Source: Methanobacteriota archaeon
Lineage (GTDB): Archaea; Thermoplasmatota; Thermoplasmata; RBG-16-68-12
Direction of reading: 5' to 3'
DNA: 64,000 bases
NCBI GenBank assembly: GCA_005878485.1
Contig: VBMG01000046.1
Location: 18 to 64,017 of the forward strand
Shown here: positions 1-9,532 of the stretch, one piece after another
Numbering within the stretch: the first letter of the stretch is position 1
Layout: each line of letters starts with the position of its first letter
Made by a program: the position numbers and the translations under genes
The notes under the pieces: model-generated
What the model was told of the DNA's origin: nothing
Databases searched by the model: none
What the model saw: only the letters and a program-made list of their open reading frames with translations

Positions 1-2
1 CG

Positions 3-35
3 GGCCGCGGCGTGTACGAGTACCCTCGGGCGTGA
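3..35 (+). CDS. 3' end of a gene running off the window edge, probably 3-hydroxybutyryl/3-hydroxyacyl-CoA dehydrogenase
   Basis: Frame 3 reads GRGVYEYPRA*, resembling the C-terminal G(R/K)GFY(D/E)Y motif of Hbd; an enoyl-CoA hydratase lies 1 kb downstream. Confidence 0.45.
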   Translation, partial: GRGVYEYPRA

Positions 36-42
36 TGCGACC

Positions 43-945
43 CTACGGGCCCATCGGCGGTTCCTGCGGCGGCATCGCCGGAGGCATCATCACGGGCGGC
101 TTCCGGCGGCGGACAGCGAAGAACCCGATGATGGCCACCACGATGACCACGAGCAGGATGAGCCAAATCCAGACCGGCAACCCGAGCAGGATTGAGGTGA
201 TCGAGAAACCGCCACCACCCCCGTAGCTGTACGATGTCAGGTTGAAGTTCTGGGTATTTCCTCCGCTGCTGTTGTAACTGCCCACGCGCGCCCAGTTGCC
301 GACCTGGGCGGACCAGAAGTTCATCGTGTAGCTTCCGCTCGCGTTTGTTTCCTTCAGTGGCGTCGTCGTGAATGTCCCGACGGGCACGGTGATCGTTGCA
401 TCGGACTGGACCTGGAAGGTCCTCGACAAGGTCGTATGAGACCAAGTCGTTCGGGTCGCGTTTGTCGACGATGTCCAGACGACCGTCGAGCTGGGGCCCC
501 AGCTGGCGCCTGCCGTCAGAGGCCACTGGATCGTCTCCGGCGGGCTGCCGGCGATCACGACCGTGGTCTGGGTGGTCAGGTTCCCGATCGGGGGGATGAC
601 GGCGCTGATCCTCACGATTGCGAGGGTGTCCACGCTAAACCAGATCTCTGGGAACACTTCGAAGGTCAGGCCCCCGCCGATGGGAAGCTTGAAGTCCGAT
701 TTCACGTGGTAACACGGATAGGCGGTCCCGTTCAGCGTGACGGAATCGGTCCCTGTTACGTCCATCCGGAAGGTTACGTTCCCCGACGGTACGCCGGAAC
801 CGGCGAAGACGGCGTACTCCCAGAAGTTGCCGGCGGACCACGTGGGCCGATCCATCGAAGCCTTCGCCGGCTGCAACGCGAGCCCTAAGGTCCCGACCAG
901 TAGCAGCGCGACACCAAAGGCCACAATCCGCGCGAGGGTATGCAT
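43..945 (-). CDS. Secreted, C-terminally membrane-anchored hypothetical protein
   Basis: N-terminal signal peptide (…QPAKA), Thr/Ser-rich beta-rich body, C-terminal TM helix followed by RRRK and a Pro-rich tail. Confidence 0.75.
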   Translation of the reverse strand: MHTLARIVAFGVALLLVGTLGLALQPAKASMDRPTWSAGNFWEYAVFAGSGVPSGNVTFRMDVTGTDSVTLNGTAYPCYHVKSDFKLPIGGGLTFEVFPEIWFSVDTLAIVRISAVIPPIGNLTTQTTVVIAGSPPETIQWPLTAGASWGPSSTVVWTSSTNATRTTWSHTTLSRTFQVQSDATITVPVGTFTTTPLKETNASGSYTMNFWSAQVGNWARVGSYNSSGGNTQNFNLTSYSYGGGGGFSITSILLGLPVWIWLILLVVIVVAIIGFFAVRRRKPPVMMPPAMPPQEPPMGP

Positions 946-1047
946 CCATCCCGCCTGGTTCCCCGAGTGCGGCTTGGGCCTATGAGCTTACCGGTGACTC
1001 CGAGGAACGTTCATCCCCAATCGAGGCATTGCGCGACGGGGAATCCC

Positions 1048-1827
1048 ATGCCCGGATTCGTCAAGATGGAGATGGAAGACCGCCTCGCGATCGTCACGAT
1101 CAACCGACCGGACGCGCTGAACGCGCTCAACGCCGCGGTCCTGCGGGAGCTGTCGATGGCGATCGAGCACGTCTCGATGGCCCAGGACGTCGGGGCGATC
1201 ATCCTCACGGGAGCGGGCGACCGGGCGTTCGTCGCGGGGGCGGACATCAAGGAGATGGCGAACCTGACGGCCCTCGAGATGCAGCGCTTCTCGGAGATGG
1301 GCCGGCGGCTCGGCGACACGATGGCGGCGTGCAACAAGCCGATCATCGCCGCGATCAACGGCTTCGCCCTGGGCGGCGGCTGCGAGCTCGCCCTCGCATG
1401 CGACATCCGAATCGCCTCGGACCGCGCGGAGCTCGGCCAGCCGGAGGTGAACATCGGCATCATCCCCGGCTTCGGCGGGAGCCAACGCCTCCCGCGGCTC
1501 GTCGGGCCGGGTTGGGCGGCGGAGATGATCTACACCGGTGACCGAATCTCTGCGGCGACCGCGGAGCGGATCGGGCTCGTGAACCGGGTCGTGTCCCCGG
1601 ATCGCCTCCTCGCGGAGGCGAAAGCGTTGGCCCATAAGATCTTGGAGAAGAGCCCGGCCGCGATTGCGCTGGCGAAGGCGTGCCTCCGCGCCGCATGGGA
1701 CATGCCGTTGTCCGCCGGCCTCGACTTCGAGACCGCGGCGTTCGGGGTCGTCGGGTCGACGCACGACAAGGCGGAAGGGATGCGCGCGTTCATCGAGAAA
1801 CGCAAGCCCGCGTGGACGGGCGCTTGA
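1048..1827 (+). CDS. Enoyl-CoA hydratase / crotonase
   Basis: INRPDALNAL, AFVAGADI, AINGFALGGGCELALACD and QPEVNIGIIPGFGGSQRL motifs; ATG at 1048 (MPGFVK). Confidence 0.93.
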   Translation: MPGFVKMEMEDRLAIVTINRPDALNALNAAVLRELSMAIEHVSMAQDVGAIILTGAGDRAFVAGADIKEMANLTALEMQRFSEMGRRLGDTMAACNKPIIAAINGFALGGGCELALACDIRIASDRAELGQPEVNIGIIPGFGGSQRLPRLVGPGWAAEMIYTGDRISAATAERIGLVNRVVSPDRLLAEAKALAHKILEKSPAAIALAKACLRAAWDMPLSAGLDFETAAFGVVGSTHDKAEGMRAFIEKRKPAWTGA

Positions 1828-1992
1828 TCAGTAGGACTCGAATTCCTCTTGGAGGTCGATCACGACCTGCTCGAGCACTTCCTCGAAGGAGGAACTCCGG
1901 TACTCCCGCATCCCGCCGAGCTCGCTCTGGATCCGGGCGATGAAGTTGTTTGAGCTCTTCAGGAACTCGACGTTCACGAGGGATTCTTCCAT
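1828..1992 (-). CDS. Small acidic hypothetical protein (54 aa), below the ORF-track cutoff
   Basis: MEESLVNVEFLKSSNNFIARIQSELGGMREYRSSSFEEVLEQVVIDLQEEFESY*; GC3-biased codons, GGAG upstream, TTAAATA box at ~2055-2061 on the minus strand. Confidence 0.75.
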   Translation of the reverse strand: MEESLVNVEFLKSSNNFIARIQSELGGMREYRSSSFEEVLEQVVIDLQEEFESY

Positions 1993-2203
1993 CCGTATCC
2001 GCTCCTGGGGGCCGGTGCGGCGCGGGAACCCATTCGGGCGTATCCGAGGTCCCTATTTAATAGTTGCCCGCAGATTCGCCGGATGCATGCTGTCCTCGTC
2101 TCCGGCCCGCGAAAATCGCGCGCGGTCACACCTCCGCTGAGAACCTTTATTTAGCACACGCCCCTTGAAGCGCTCCCTCGGACCGCATGAGCGGAGTGAA
2201 TCG

Positions 2204-2395
2204 TTGGGAAATATCCGGCCGACGTACATCAAGCGAGTCGCGATCGAGCTGGCAAAGCTCTATCCGAACGAGTTCACGGGCGACTTCGAGCACAACAAGA
2301 AGATGGTGTCCGAACTGACGGACATCCGGAGCGTCCTGATGCGCAATCGGATCGCGGGGTACGTCACCCGGTACCGCCTCCGATTGGCCCTGTAG
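2204..2395 (+). CDS. rps17e: 30S ribosomal protein S17e
   Basis: TTG start, [11 protein letters not shown]…[10 protein letters not shown]…RNRIAGYVT signature; GGAGTG SD upstream. Confidence 0.96.
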   Translation: MGNIRPTYIKRVAIELAKLYPNEFTGDFEHNKKMVSELTDIRSVLMRNRIAGYVTRYRLRLAL

Positions 2396-2438
2396 GCCGC
2401 CACATCCGCACTCCGCTCCGTCCGCGGTCGGACCCCCC

Positions 2439-3452
2439 ATGTCGTACGCCGTTGAGACTCGTGACCTCACCCGGGTGTTCTCCGGGAAGAAGAAGCGCTG
2501 GTGGCGTCGCAAACCGACGCCGGACGAGGAGGAATCGCTCGGGCCCGTGACGGCGCTCGATGGCGTGTCCCTCCAGATCCGCGAGGGGGAGCTGTTCGGG
2601 CTCCTGGGCCCCAACGGCGCCGGCAAGACGACGCTCATCAAGATCCTCGCGACGCTCCTCCTTCCGACCTCCGGACAGGCGCTCGTCGCGGGCCATGATG
2701 TCACAAAAGACCCGTTCCCGATCCGTCAGCGGATCAACATGGTATCCGGCGGCGAGACGTCCGGATACGGGCTTCTGACCGCGCGCGAGAACATCTGGAT
2801 GTTCTCACAATTCTACGGCGTCCCGAGCAAGGTCTCGAAGGCGCGGATCGACGAACTCATGCATATCTTCGGCCTGTGGGACAAGCGGGACGCGAAGGTC
2901 CGCATGCTCTCGACGGGACAGCGGCAGAAGATGAACATGATCCGCGGGTTCGTCACGGGGCCGGACATCCTCTTCCTGGACGAGCCCACGCTCGGCCTCG
3001 ATGTGAACGCGGCGCGCGTGATCCGGGAGTACGTCATGAACTGGGTCCGCGGTCAGGCGGGCAAGACGGTCCTCTTGACGTCCCACTACATGGCCGAAGC
3101 GGACCAGATGTGTGACCGGATCGCGATCATCGACAAAGGGCGGATCCTCGCATGCGACACGCCCGCGAATCTGAAACGGATGATTCGCACGGAGACGACG
3201 TTCCAGCTGGAAGTCGACACGATCCGCGACACGACCTCGTTCATGGGCCTCCAGGGCGTCAAGAACTTCTCCCACAAAGATGACATCTCGAAGAACCGGT
3301 CCCATCTCACGTTCATCCTCGAGGACGAGGGACCCGTGGCGGAGATCCTGAGTTCGATCACCTCGCAGGGTGCGAAAGTCCATTCGTTGCAAAAGTCCGA
3401 GCCGACCTTGGAGGACGTCTTTATCAGCATGGTCGGGAGGGGTCTCGATTGA
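2439..3452 (+). CDS. ABC-2/DrrA-type exporter ATP-binding protein
   Basis: Walker A GPNGAGKT, signature LSTGQ, Walker B LFLDEPT, H-loop TSHYM, C-terminal EPTLEDVF. Confidence 0.93.
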   Translation: MSYAVETRDLTRVFSGKKKRWWRRKPTPDEEESLGPVTALDGVSLQIREGELFGLLGPNGAGKTTLIKILATLLLPTSGQALVAGHDVTKDPFPIRQRINMVSGGETSGYGLLTARENIWMFSQFYGVPSKVSKARIDELMHIFGLWDKRDAKVRMLSTGQRQKMNMIRGFVTGPDILFLDEPTLGLDVNAARVIREYVMNWVRGQAGKTVLLTSHYMAEADQMCDRIAIIDKGRILACDTPANLKRMIRTETTFQLEVDTIRDTTSFMGLQGVKNFSHKDDISKNRSHLTFILEDEGPVAEILSSITSQGAKVHSLQKSEPTLEDVFISMVGRGLD

Positions 3453-4426
3453 GCGTCGCGACCGACCGACGGACAGATCTGAAGTACCGCGTCGGACTCA
3501 ACCTGCGGGCGGTCGTCGGCCGCTCCTACCCGCGTATCGTCGGCGCGAACCGCGAGCCCTCCTGGATTTTCTTCGAGGCGTTCCTTCCCCTCCTCGGAAT
3601 CGCGGCGTACGTGTTCATCTACCAGTTCTTTGGACTCCAGGCGACGGCCGCGATCCTCGGGAATCCTCCGATGTGCGGAGACCATGTCTGCGCGAGTGTG
3701 GCCGAGCAGAATCAATACCTGGCGGCCGTGAACGCCAACACGAACGCGCTCATCGCCTCCGTCGTCCTTGGCGGGACGATGGTCGCCTTCTGGCTGAACG
3801 TGCTGTGGTCGATGGCGAGCCAGCTGTACTGGGAGAAGGAAATCGGGAACCTGCAGCTGTACATGATGGCGCCGATGAACCGCATGGCGCTCCTCGGGGG
3901 CATGGCGGTCGGCGGGATGGTCATGACCTCGATGCGGGCCGTCTCGACCCTCGTGGCGGGCATCTTCGTCTTCGGGGTCATCTTCCAGGTCGCGAATCCT
4001 CTGCTCCTGCTCGCCGTCTTCTTCGCCACGTTGATCGCCCTGTACGGTCTCGGGATGATGTTCGCCTCGCTGTATCTCCTCTGGGGACGGGAGGCGTGGA
4101 ACCTATCCGCCCTGATGGAGGAGCCGATCTTCTTCTCGAGCGGCTTCTACTTCCCCCTGGGCGGGTTGTTCCGGATCCCCGGCTGGGGACCCGCCGTCGC
4201 GATTGCGGGATCGTTCATCCCCGCGTCGATCGGGCTCGATGCGCTGCGACAGCTCACCCTGGGGTCGACCGCGTTCGGAGGCTCGCTCTGGATCTTCAAC
4301 GTCACGACGGAACTCGAGATCCTCGTCGGCATGGCGGTGTTGTTCTTGATCCTCGCAAGGTACTGCCTCGCATACCTAGAGACGCTCGCGAAGCGAGAGG
4401 GGAAGCTGACCTCACGGCATCAATGA
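3449..4426 (+). CDS. ABC-2 type exporter permease
   Basis: Multiple TM helices, WEKEIGNL motif, 4-nt overlap with the ATPase gene. Confidence 0.88.
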   Translation: MSVATDRRTDLKYRVGLNLRAVVGRSYPRIVGANREPSWIFFEAFLPLLGIAAYVFIYQFFGLQATAAILGNPPMCGDHVCASVAEQNQYLAAVNANTNALIASVVLGGTMVAFWLNVLWSMASQLYWEKEIGNLQLYMMAPMNRMALLGGMAVGGMVMTSMRAVSTLVAGIFVFGVIFQVANPLLLLAVFFATLIALYGLGMMFASLYLLWGREAWNLSALMEEPIFFSSGFYFPLGGLFRIPGWGPAVAIAGSFIPASIGLDALRQLTLGSTAFGGSLWIFNVTTELEILVGMAVLFLILARYCLAYLETLAKREGKLTSRHQ

Positions 4427-5277
4427 GCACGTACTGGCGGACCTTCAAGACGGCGGCCTGGCTCGGCTGGGAAATGGACTCGAACTGGACCGAGCCGTGG
4501 CTGTTCGTCCTCTACTCCGTCATCAAGCCCGTGGCCGGCGCCTTCATCCTCGTCCTCATGTACATCGTGTTCGTCGCGATTGGCCGACCCCAAGGCGACC
4601 CCGATGCATTCTCCTACATGTACGTCGGGAACTCCTTCTTCATCTTCGTCGCGTCCGTGCTCTTCGGCACGTTCCAGGTGATTCAGTCGGATCGGGAATG
4701 GTACCAAACGATTCGGTACGTGTACATCTCGCCCATCTCGTACTACGTGTACATCTTGGGTCGAGCGGCATCCAAGATTGCCGTCTCGGTGTTCGCGGTC
4801 GCGATCACCTTGGTGTTCGGCGTCATGTTCCTCGGCGTCCGATTGCACTTGGCGTTGACCGATGTTCCGCTGTTCCTCGTGAGCACGGCCCTTGGGCTCT
4901 CGGTCCTCCTGGCGATCGGCATCTGCCTTGGCGGGATTTCGTTCCTGACGGCGAAGCATACGCACGGTCTCGCGGAAGGCATCCCGGGGTTGTTCTACGT
5001 CTTCTGTGGGGTCTTGTTCCCCCTCTCCGTCCTTCCGAATTGGGGCCAAGCGGTTGGTCGCGCGATTCCTCTGACCTACTGGTTCGACATCACCCGGCGC
5101 CTCCTCACGGAGGGTTCGACGGTCAACACGACTCTCGGAGGGTACGACGCGCCGACCATTCTGCTGTTTCTCGTTGTGTCGTCGGTCGGCTTCTTCGGCC
5201 TCAGCGTCCTCATTTACAAGATCGGGGAGTACTTTGCCCGGAAAGCCGGCAAGATCGACATGACGACGTCCTACTAG
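4423..5277 (+). CDS. ABC-2 type exporter permease (second subunit)
   Basis: ATGA overlap at 4423 (MSTYWRTF), about 6 TM helices, GVLFPLSVLPNW…IPLTY ABC-2 pattern. Confidence 0.88.
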   Translation: MSTYWRTFKTAAWLGWEMDSNWTEPWLFVLYSVIKPVAGAFILVLMYIVFVAIGRPQGDPDAFSYMYVGNSFFIFVASVLFGTFQVIQSDREWYQTIRYVYISPISYYVYILGRAASKIAVSVFAVAITLVFGVMFLGVRLHLALTDVPLFLVSTALGLSVLLAIGICLGGISFLTAKHTHGLAEGIPGLFYVFCGVLFPLSVLPNWGQAVGRAIPLTYWFDITRRLLTEGSTVNTTLGGYDAPTILLFLVVSSVGFFGLSVLIYKIGEYFARKAGKIDMTTSY

Positions 5278-5615
5278 CCCCGCGATGCGCGACGGGTCAC
5301 CTGTTCTCGGCGATACGGATACCGTTGGATGGCGCCGCACGCCGTGCACGTGACGACGATTCGGCCCGGCCCAATGCGGACGCGCGCGCTCACGGAAGGC
5401 AGGAGGAACGCGAGGCACTTCTTGCAAAAGGACCGCTTGAACGGCGCCGGCACGCGGACGTTGTAGCGCATCCCGATCCGCCGGGCCAACTCGACGTAGC
5501 GCTTCGCCCGTCCCGGATGCCTCCGCAGCGACTCGGTCTCGGCGAGGCGGAACAGGGTCGTCATCCGTTCCACGGCAATCCGCCGCTCCATGCCGCGGTG
5601 CCGGTGGCGCGCCAT
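5274..5615 (-). CDS. rnp4: Ribonuclease P protein component 4 (Rpp21)
   Basis: IAVERMTTLF…RYVELARRI…CKKC…CTACG…RYPY zinc-ribbon signature. Confidence 0.92.
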   Translation of the reverse strand: MARHRHRGMERRIAVERMTTLFRLAETESLRRHPGRAKRYVELARRIGMRYNVRVPAPFKRSFCKKCLAFLLPSVSARVRIGPGRIVVTCTACGAIQRYPYRREQVTRRASRG

Positions 5616-5701
5616 CGGACCACACACTCGTTCCACCCCATAAAATCCTCTGGGCCGACGAACCTTTAACTACGCGCCGCCGCTTACGCGCCGGGGTCCG
5701 C

Positions 5702-6793
5702 GTGCGCGATCGCGTCCGTCGCATCTACCGGAACGTCAGCGATGGCCTCGATCTGATCGTCTTCCTCAACTCGACGGAGCCGCACATCGACCGATCGTTC
5801 TTCTACGCAACGGGCTTGACGGATGGCCTCTTCGAAGGCTGCGGCGCCTGGCTCACCCCGGACGGCGGCTGCGAGATTACGACGTCCGCGCTCGAGGAAG
5901 AGGCGGCCAAGAAGAGTGCGCTGCCGCTCCACGTGTTCCGGTCCCGGGACGAGTCGACGAAACTCATGAAGGCGGCCCTGCGCGGCCACCAACGGATCGG
6001 GATCAACGCCTCCGAGCTCACCCACGCGGCGTTCGAGCGCATGAGCAAGCTTGCCCCGAAGTCCGCCCGGTTCGTCGACGTCTCTGAGGCGGTCGTCCAG
6101 GCGCGTCTCGTGAAAGACGCGGAGGAGATCGAGCGGATCCAACGCGCGTGCGACATCGCATCACGGTCCTTCGAGGAGGTCCTGCCTTTTATCCCGTCCG
6201 GGGTGACGGAGGCGGAGGTCGCCTCGGAGCTCGTCTACCGGATGCAGAAGAACGGCGCCACCGGGCCCTCGTTCCACACGATTGTCGGCTCCGGTCCGAA
6301 CGGGGCGGAGCCGCACTACACCGCCGGATCGAGGAAGATCGAACCGGGCGACATGATCGTCATCGACTTTGGCGCGGTGTACCACATGTACTGCTCCGAC
6401 GTCACGCGGACGGTCGTCGTGGGGAAGGCGTCGGAGGAGCAGCGCCGGATGCACGAGACGGTCGCCCGCGCGCAAGCCGCCGCGTTCGCGAAGATGAAGT
6501 CCGGAGCGACCGGGAAGTCCGTCGACGCCGCCGCGAGGACCCTCATCGACCGTTCGAAATACAAAGGCCGATTCATTCACGGTCTCGGCCATTCGATCGG
6601 CCTCGCGGTCCACGACGGCGGTGCGCTGAATTCGATGAGCGACCTCGTCCTGCGGCCGAACATGGTCTTCACCGACGAACCTGGGGTGTACGTCCCGGGA
6701 TTCGGCGGGGTTCGCATCGAAGACGACGTCCTCATCACGAAGGGCGAGCCCCGCTTCATGAGTACCGCTCCCCGGGACTTGCGCGAGCTCTGA
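5702..6793 (+). CDS. Xaa-Pro aminopeptidase / prolidase (M24B)
   Basis: IDFGAVYHMYCSDVTRT, HGLGHSIGLAVHD, TDEPGVY and GGVRIEDD motifs. Confidence 0.93.
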   Translation: MRDRVRRIYRNVSDGLDLIVFLNSTEPHIDRSFFYATGLTDGLFEGCGAWLTPDGGCEITTSALEEEAAKKSALPLHVFRSRDESTKLMKAALRGHQRIGINASELTHAAFERMSKLAPKSARFVDVSEAVVQARLVKDAEEIERIQRACDIASRSFEEVLPFIPSGVTEAEVASELVYRMQKNGATGPSFHTIVGSGPNGAEPHYTAGSRKIEPGDMIVIDFGAVYHMYCSDVTRTVVVGKASEEQRRMHETVARAQAAAFAKMKSGATGKSVDAAARTLIDRSKYKGRFIHGLGHSIGLAVHDGGALNSMSDLVLRPNMVFTDEPGVYVPGFGGVRIEDDVLITKGEPRFMSTAPRDLREL

Positions 6794-6797
6794 ACCC

Positions 6798-7346
6798 TCA
6801 AGGACTCGGGGTTTCCTCCAGCTCGCGGGCCAGGATGCTCATCCGCATCACATTGACGAACCGGCCATCCTTGTAAACATCCTCGCGGTGAAGGCCTTCC
6901 CGCTGGAAGCCGAGCCGTTCGTAGGTGTGGATCGCGCGGATGTTGTACTCGAGGACGTCCAAGGAGACTTTGTTCAGCCCGAGGACGTCGAAGGCGTATC
7001 GGAGGGCGACGCGCATCGCCTCCGTTCCGTATCCTTTCGACCAGAGCGTCGGTTCGCCGATCACGATTCCGACGTCGGCCTTGCGGTGGACCCGATCGAC
7101 CTTGTGCAGGCCGAGGTTCCCGATATGATTCCCTTCGACCTCGATCGCAAAGATCTGCTCGTCGGTCCGGCGCTCGTAGTCCCGGAACCACCGCTCCTCC
7201 TCGGCCATCGTCACGGGAGCGGTCCGTCCGAGGAAGTGAATGACCTCCGCGTCGGAGAACCACTTCACGCAGCGCCTCAGGTCGGTTGACGCAAGGGGCC
7301 GGAGGAGCACACGCGAACCTCGCAGCACCCGCCGGGACTCCAGCAC
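6798..7346 (-). CDS. GNAT N-acetyltransferase (RimJ/RimL family)
   Basis: WSKGYGTEA acetyl-CoA motif and N..AIHTYERLGF.REG. Confidence 0.9.
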   Translation of the reverse strand: MLESRRVLRGSRVLLRPLASTDLRRCVKWFSDAEVIHFLGRTAPVTMAEEERWFRDYERRTDEQIFAIEVEGNHIGNLGLHKVDRVHRKADVGIVIGEPTLWSKGYGTEAMRVALRYAFDVLGLNKVSLDVLEYNIRAIHTYERLGFQREGLHREDVYKDGRFVNVMRMSILARELEETPSP

Positions 7347-7385
7347 GGGCTCCGCACACGGACGGATGCTAAAGAGCTTTCCGCA

Positions 7386-9362
7386 TCAGGTATTCGATAA
7401 GACGAGCGTCGTCGTCGCGAAGCCGCCATCGTCATCGCGGACCGTCAACGTGACGAGGAACGGGCCAGCCGGGTCGTACGCGTGGACGATGCTGGCAGCC
7501 ACGACGAACGGCACGGTCCCCCCTTGGCTCTGCCACGGATCCGGGGACACACCGTTGTTGAAGAACGTCTGCGTCACGCTCGTGCCGTCACCAAAGTCCC
7601 AGGTTGCAGTCAGATCGTCGCTGCCGGGATCTTGAAGGCTGGCACGGAACGTGACGCCCGCGTGCAAGAAGAACGCCGCGAGGTCCGGCTCGGTCCACAT
7701 CCAGGTGGACCCGTGTCGCACATTGAAGTTGTGGTGGATCCGGACCTCTTGGCCGTCGGGGAAGACGACGATGATCCAAGCGGGGTTGTCTCCCCCCGGC
7801 CCACCGTTCATGGGGTCGTTGTCCGGCGTGTATGCGAGCGTCGCGGTCACATGGTCCCGGAGGGAGAACGTGACGAGGCCCGTCGTCGCAGCCTGGGAGG
7901 CCGGGCTCCCCGGCCTCCGGATCAGATTCAGGGACGCGAGGACGCCGGCGTCGGATGTGACGGTGAACGTGAGATCGTGCCATTTCTCGCCCGCCATCTC
8001 GATCCGGAACGAGGCTTGGGCGACCGCATCGAGCTGCCGAGCCTCCGGTGGGCTGTTCGTGATTGCGACGGCGGCCCGCGCCGTTGCGACATGCGTACCA
8101 TCGGACACCTCGACGACCGCGGCGCCGGAGAAGTCGTCGCTGTACTGGGCTGCCGCGGTCGGCGTCGGCGACCACACGGTGTCGAACACCCCATCGCCCG
8201 TGAAGTCCCATCGGAAGGAGAGCGAATCGCCATCGGGATCGCTCGAGCCGGTGGCGTTGAGGAGGATCGTATCGCCTTCGTGACCGGAGTACGGCCCGCC
8301 CGCGTCCGGCACGGGCGCGCCGACCGCCACGATGTCGACAACGGGCGCCGCGGAGGTCGCGTCGGGCACCCCGTTTGCGTCCATGTCCGACCGGGCCCGC
8401 GAGAGTTCCATGCGTCCGGCGCCGAGCGCGGGTGCGACGAGTGTGTACGATCGGATGACGGGCTCATAGGCGGACGGATACCGCGGGTCGTCCGAGCCAC
8501 TCGCGAGTGCCGCCGGGAGATCGACGAACCACCGCAAAGTGGCCAATCCGTCCGGATGGGCCACGATCTCATCCGGCGCGACGGAATAGCTCCCCTCCTC
8601 CACACTCCATCCCGCAGGCACATCGTCTTCAAGTACGCCGTGGGTCACGTTGACGTCGGCGGTGATCGCGTCGTCGAACGTGTACACGGCGATGTTCGTC
8701 GCGTCGATCGTCACATGGATTCGTGCGCCGGCCATCCCGTCGATCTGGGTCCAGAGCGGTTCCTTGCCGATCACCACCGTCGCATGCGCGTGGAGGTAAG
8801 CCCAGAAGTCGCTCTGCGGGTTCGAATCGGGTCCGTCGTAGTGCGCGTTCCCCAGGATCGGCCGCACCGCGAACGGAAGCGTCTCGCCTCCGATCCGGTA
8901 TTGGATGTCGGCTTGGGTGAACTGGAATTCCTCGGAGCACCACCAGGAGGGTTTCGGAAGGAAGCCTTGCAGAACCTCTTCTCCGTACGAATATAGAAGG
9001 GAGCCGCCCGCCGGGATCGTCTGGACCGTCAGGACCCCGTCTTGCGTCGTTTGCGTGGGATTCGGTGGAGGCGACGCGAGCGGATGCGGACTCATGAGGA
9101 CCGCCGGCTCGGTCACTTCGACAGGTACGTTCGCGGCGTTGTTCACGCGAATCCCGACCGGCGACGTCACGGTGTGGCCGTCCCGATCGTACGTCTCGTT
9201 CACGACCGTCGCGGTCACGAGTCCGCGACCCGCAGCTTCCCAGAAGGTCATCGCACCGGAATCCGCGCGGGATGCGGGCGCCCCGATGTGCACGGAGCTC
9301 ACGGCGGTGACCGCTGCGACGAGGACGATGAACACTGTTAGCTTAAACGAAAAGGCTCTCAT
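7386..9362 (-). CDS. Secreted PKD-domain surface protein
   Basis: Signal peptide; PKD motifs DAGGPY…SSDPDGDSLSFRWDF and WDFGDG…VTLTVRDDDGG. Confidence 0.82.
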   Translation of the reverse strand: MRAFSFKLTVFIVLVAAVTAVSSVHIGAPASRADSGAMTFWEAAGRGLVTATVVNETYDRDGHTVTSPVGIRVNNAANVPVEVTEPAVLMSPHPLASPPPNPTQTTQDGVLTVQTIPAGGSLLYSYGEEVLQGFLPKPSWWCSEEFQFTQADIQYRIGGETLPFAVRPILGNAHYDGPDSNPQSDFWAYLHAHATVVIGKEPLWTQIDGMAGARIHVTIDATNIAVYTFDDAITADVNVTHGVLEDDVPAGWSVEEGSYSVAPDEIVAHPDGLATLRWFVDLPAALASGSDDPRYPSAYEPVIRSYTLVAPALGAGRMELSRARSDMDANGVPDATSAAPVVDIVAVGAPVPDAGGPYSGHEGDTILLNATGSSDPDGDSLSFRWDFTGDGVFDTVWSPTPTAAAQYSDDFSGAAVVEVSDGTHVATARAAVAITNSPPEARQLDAVAQASFRIEMAGEKWHDLTFTVTSDAGVLASLNLIRRPGSPASQAATTGLVTFSLRDHVTATLAYTPDNDPMNGGPGGDNPAWIIVVFPDGQEVRIHHNFNVRHGSTWMWTEPDLAAFFLHAGVTFRASLQDPGSDDLTATWDFGDGTSVTQTFFNNGVSPDPWQSQGGTVPFVVAASIVHAYDPAGPFLVTLTVRDDDGGFATTTLVLSNT

Positions 9363-9532
9363 CCCGTCCCGTTCCGCGGCCGAATCAAAGATATGAAAAC
9401 CGGTTTCCTTAAGGGTGCCGACACAATTCTCACATGTTCCGCCGGGTGATTTTCAACTCTGATACGATTGGTCCATCCCGCCGAAAGGTCGGTTCGACAA
9501 CGCCTTGAAGTCGGCGGGGGCTTCCCTCGCGC

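Noticed and set aside
3370-4422. N-terminal extension of the 635-aa ORF, suggesting a fused or frameshifted permease
   Set aside because: It overlaps the real permease in another frame; the true start is the ATGA-coupled ATG at 4423
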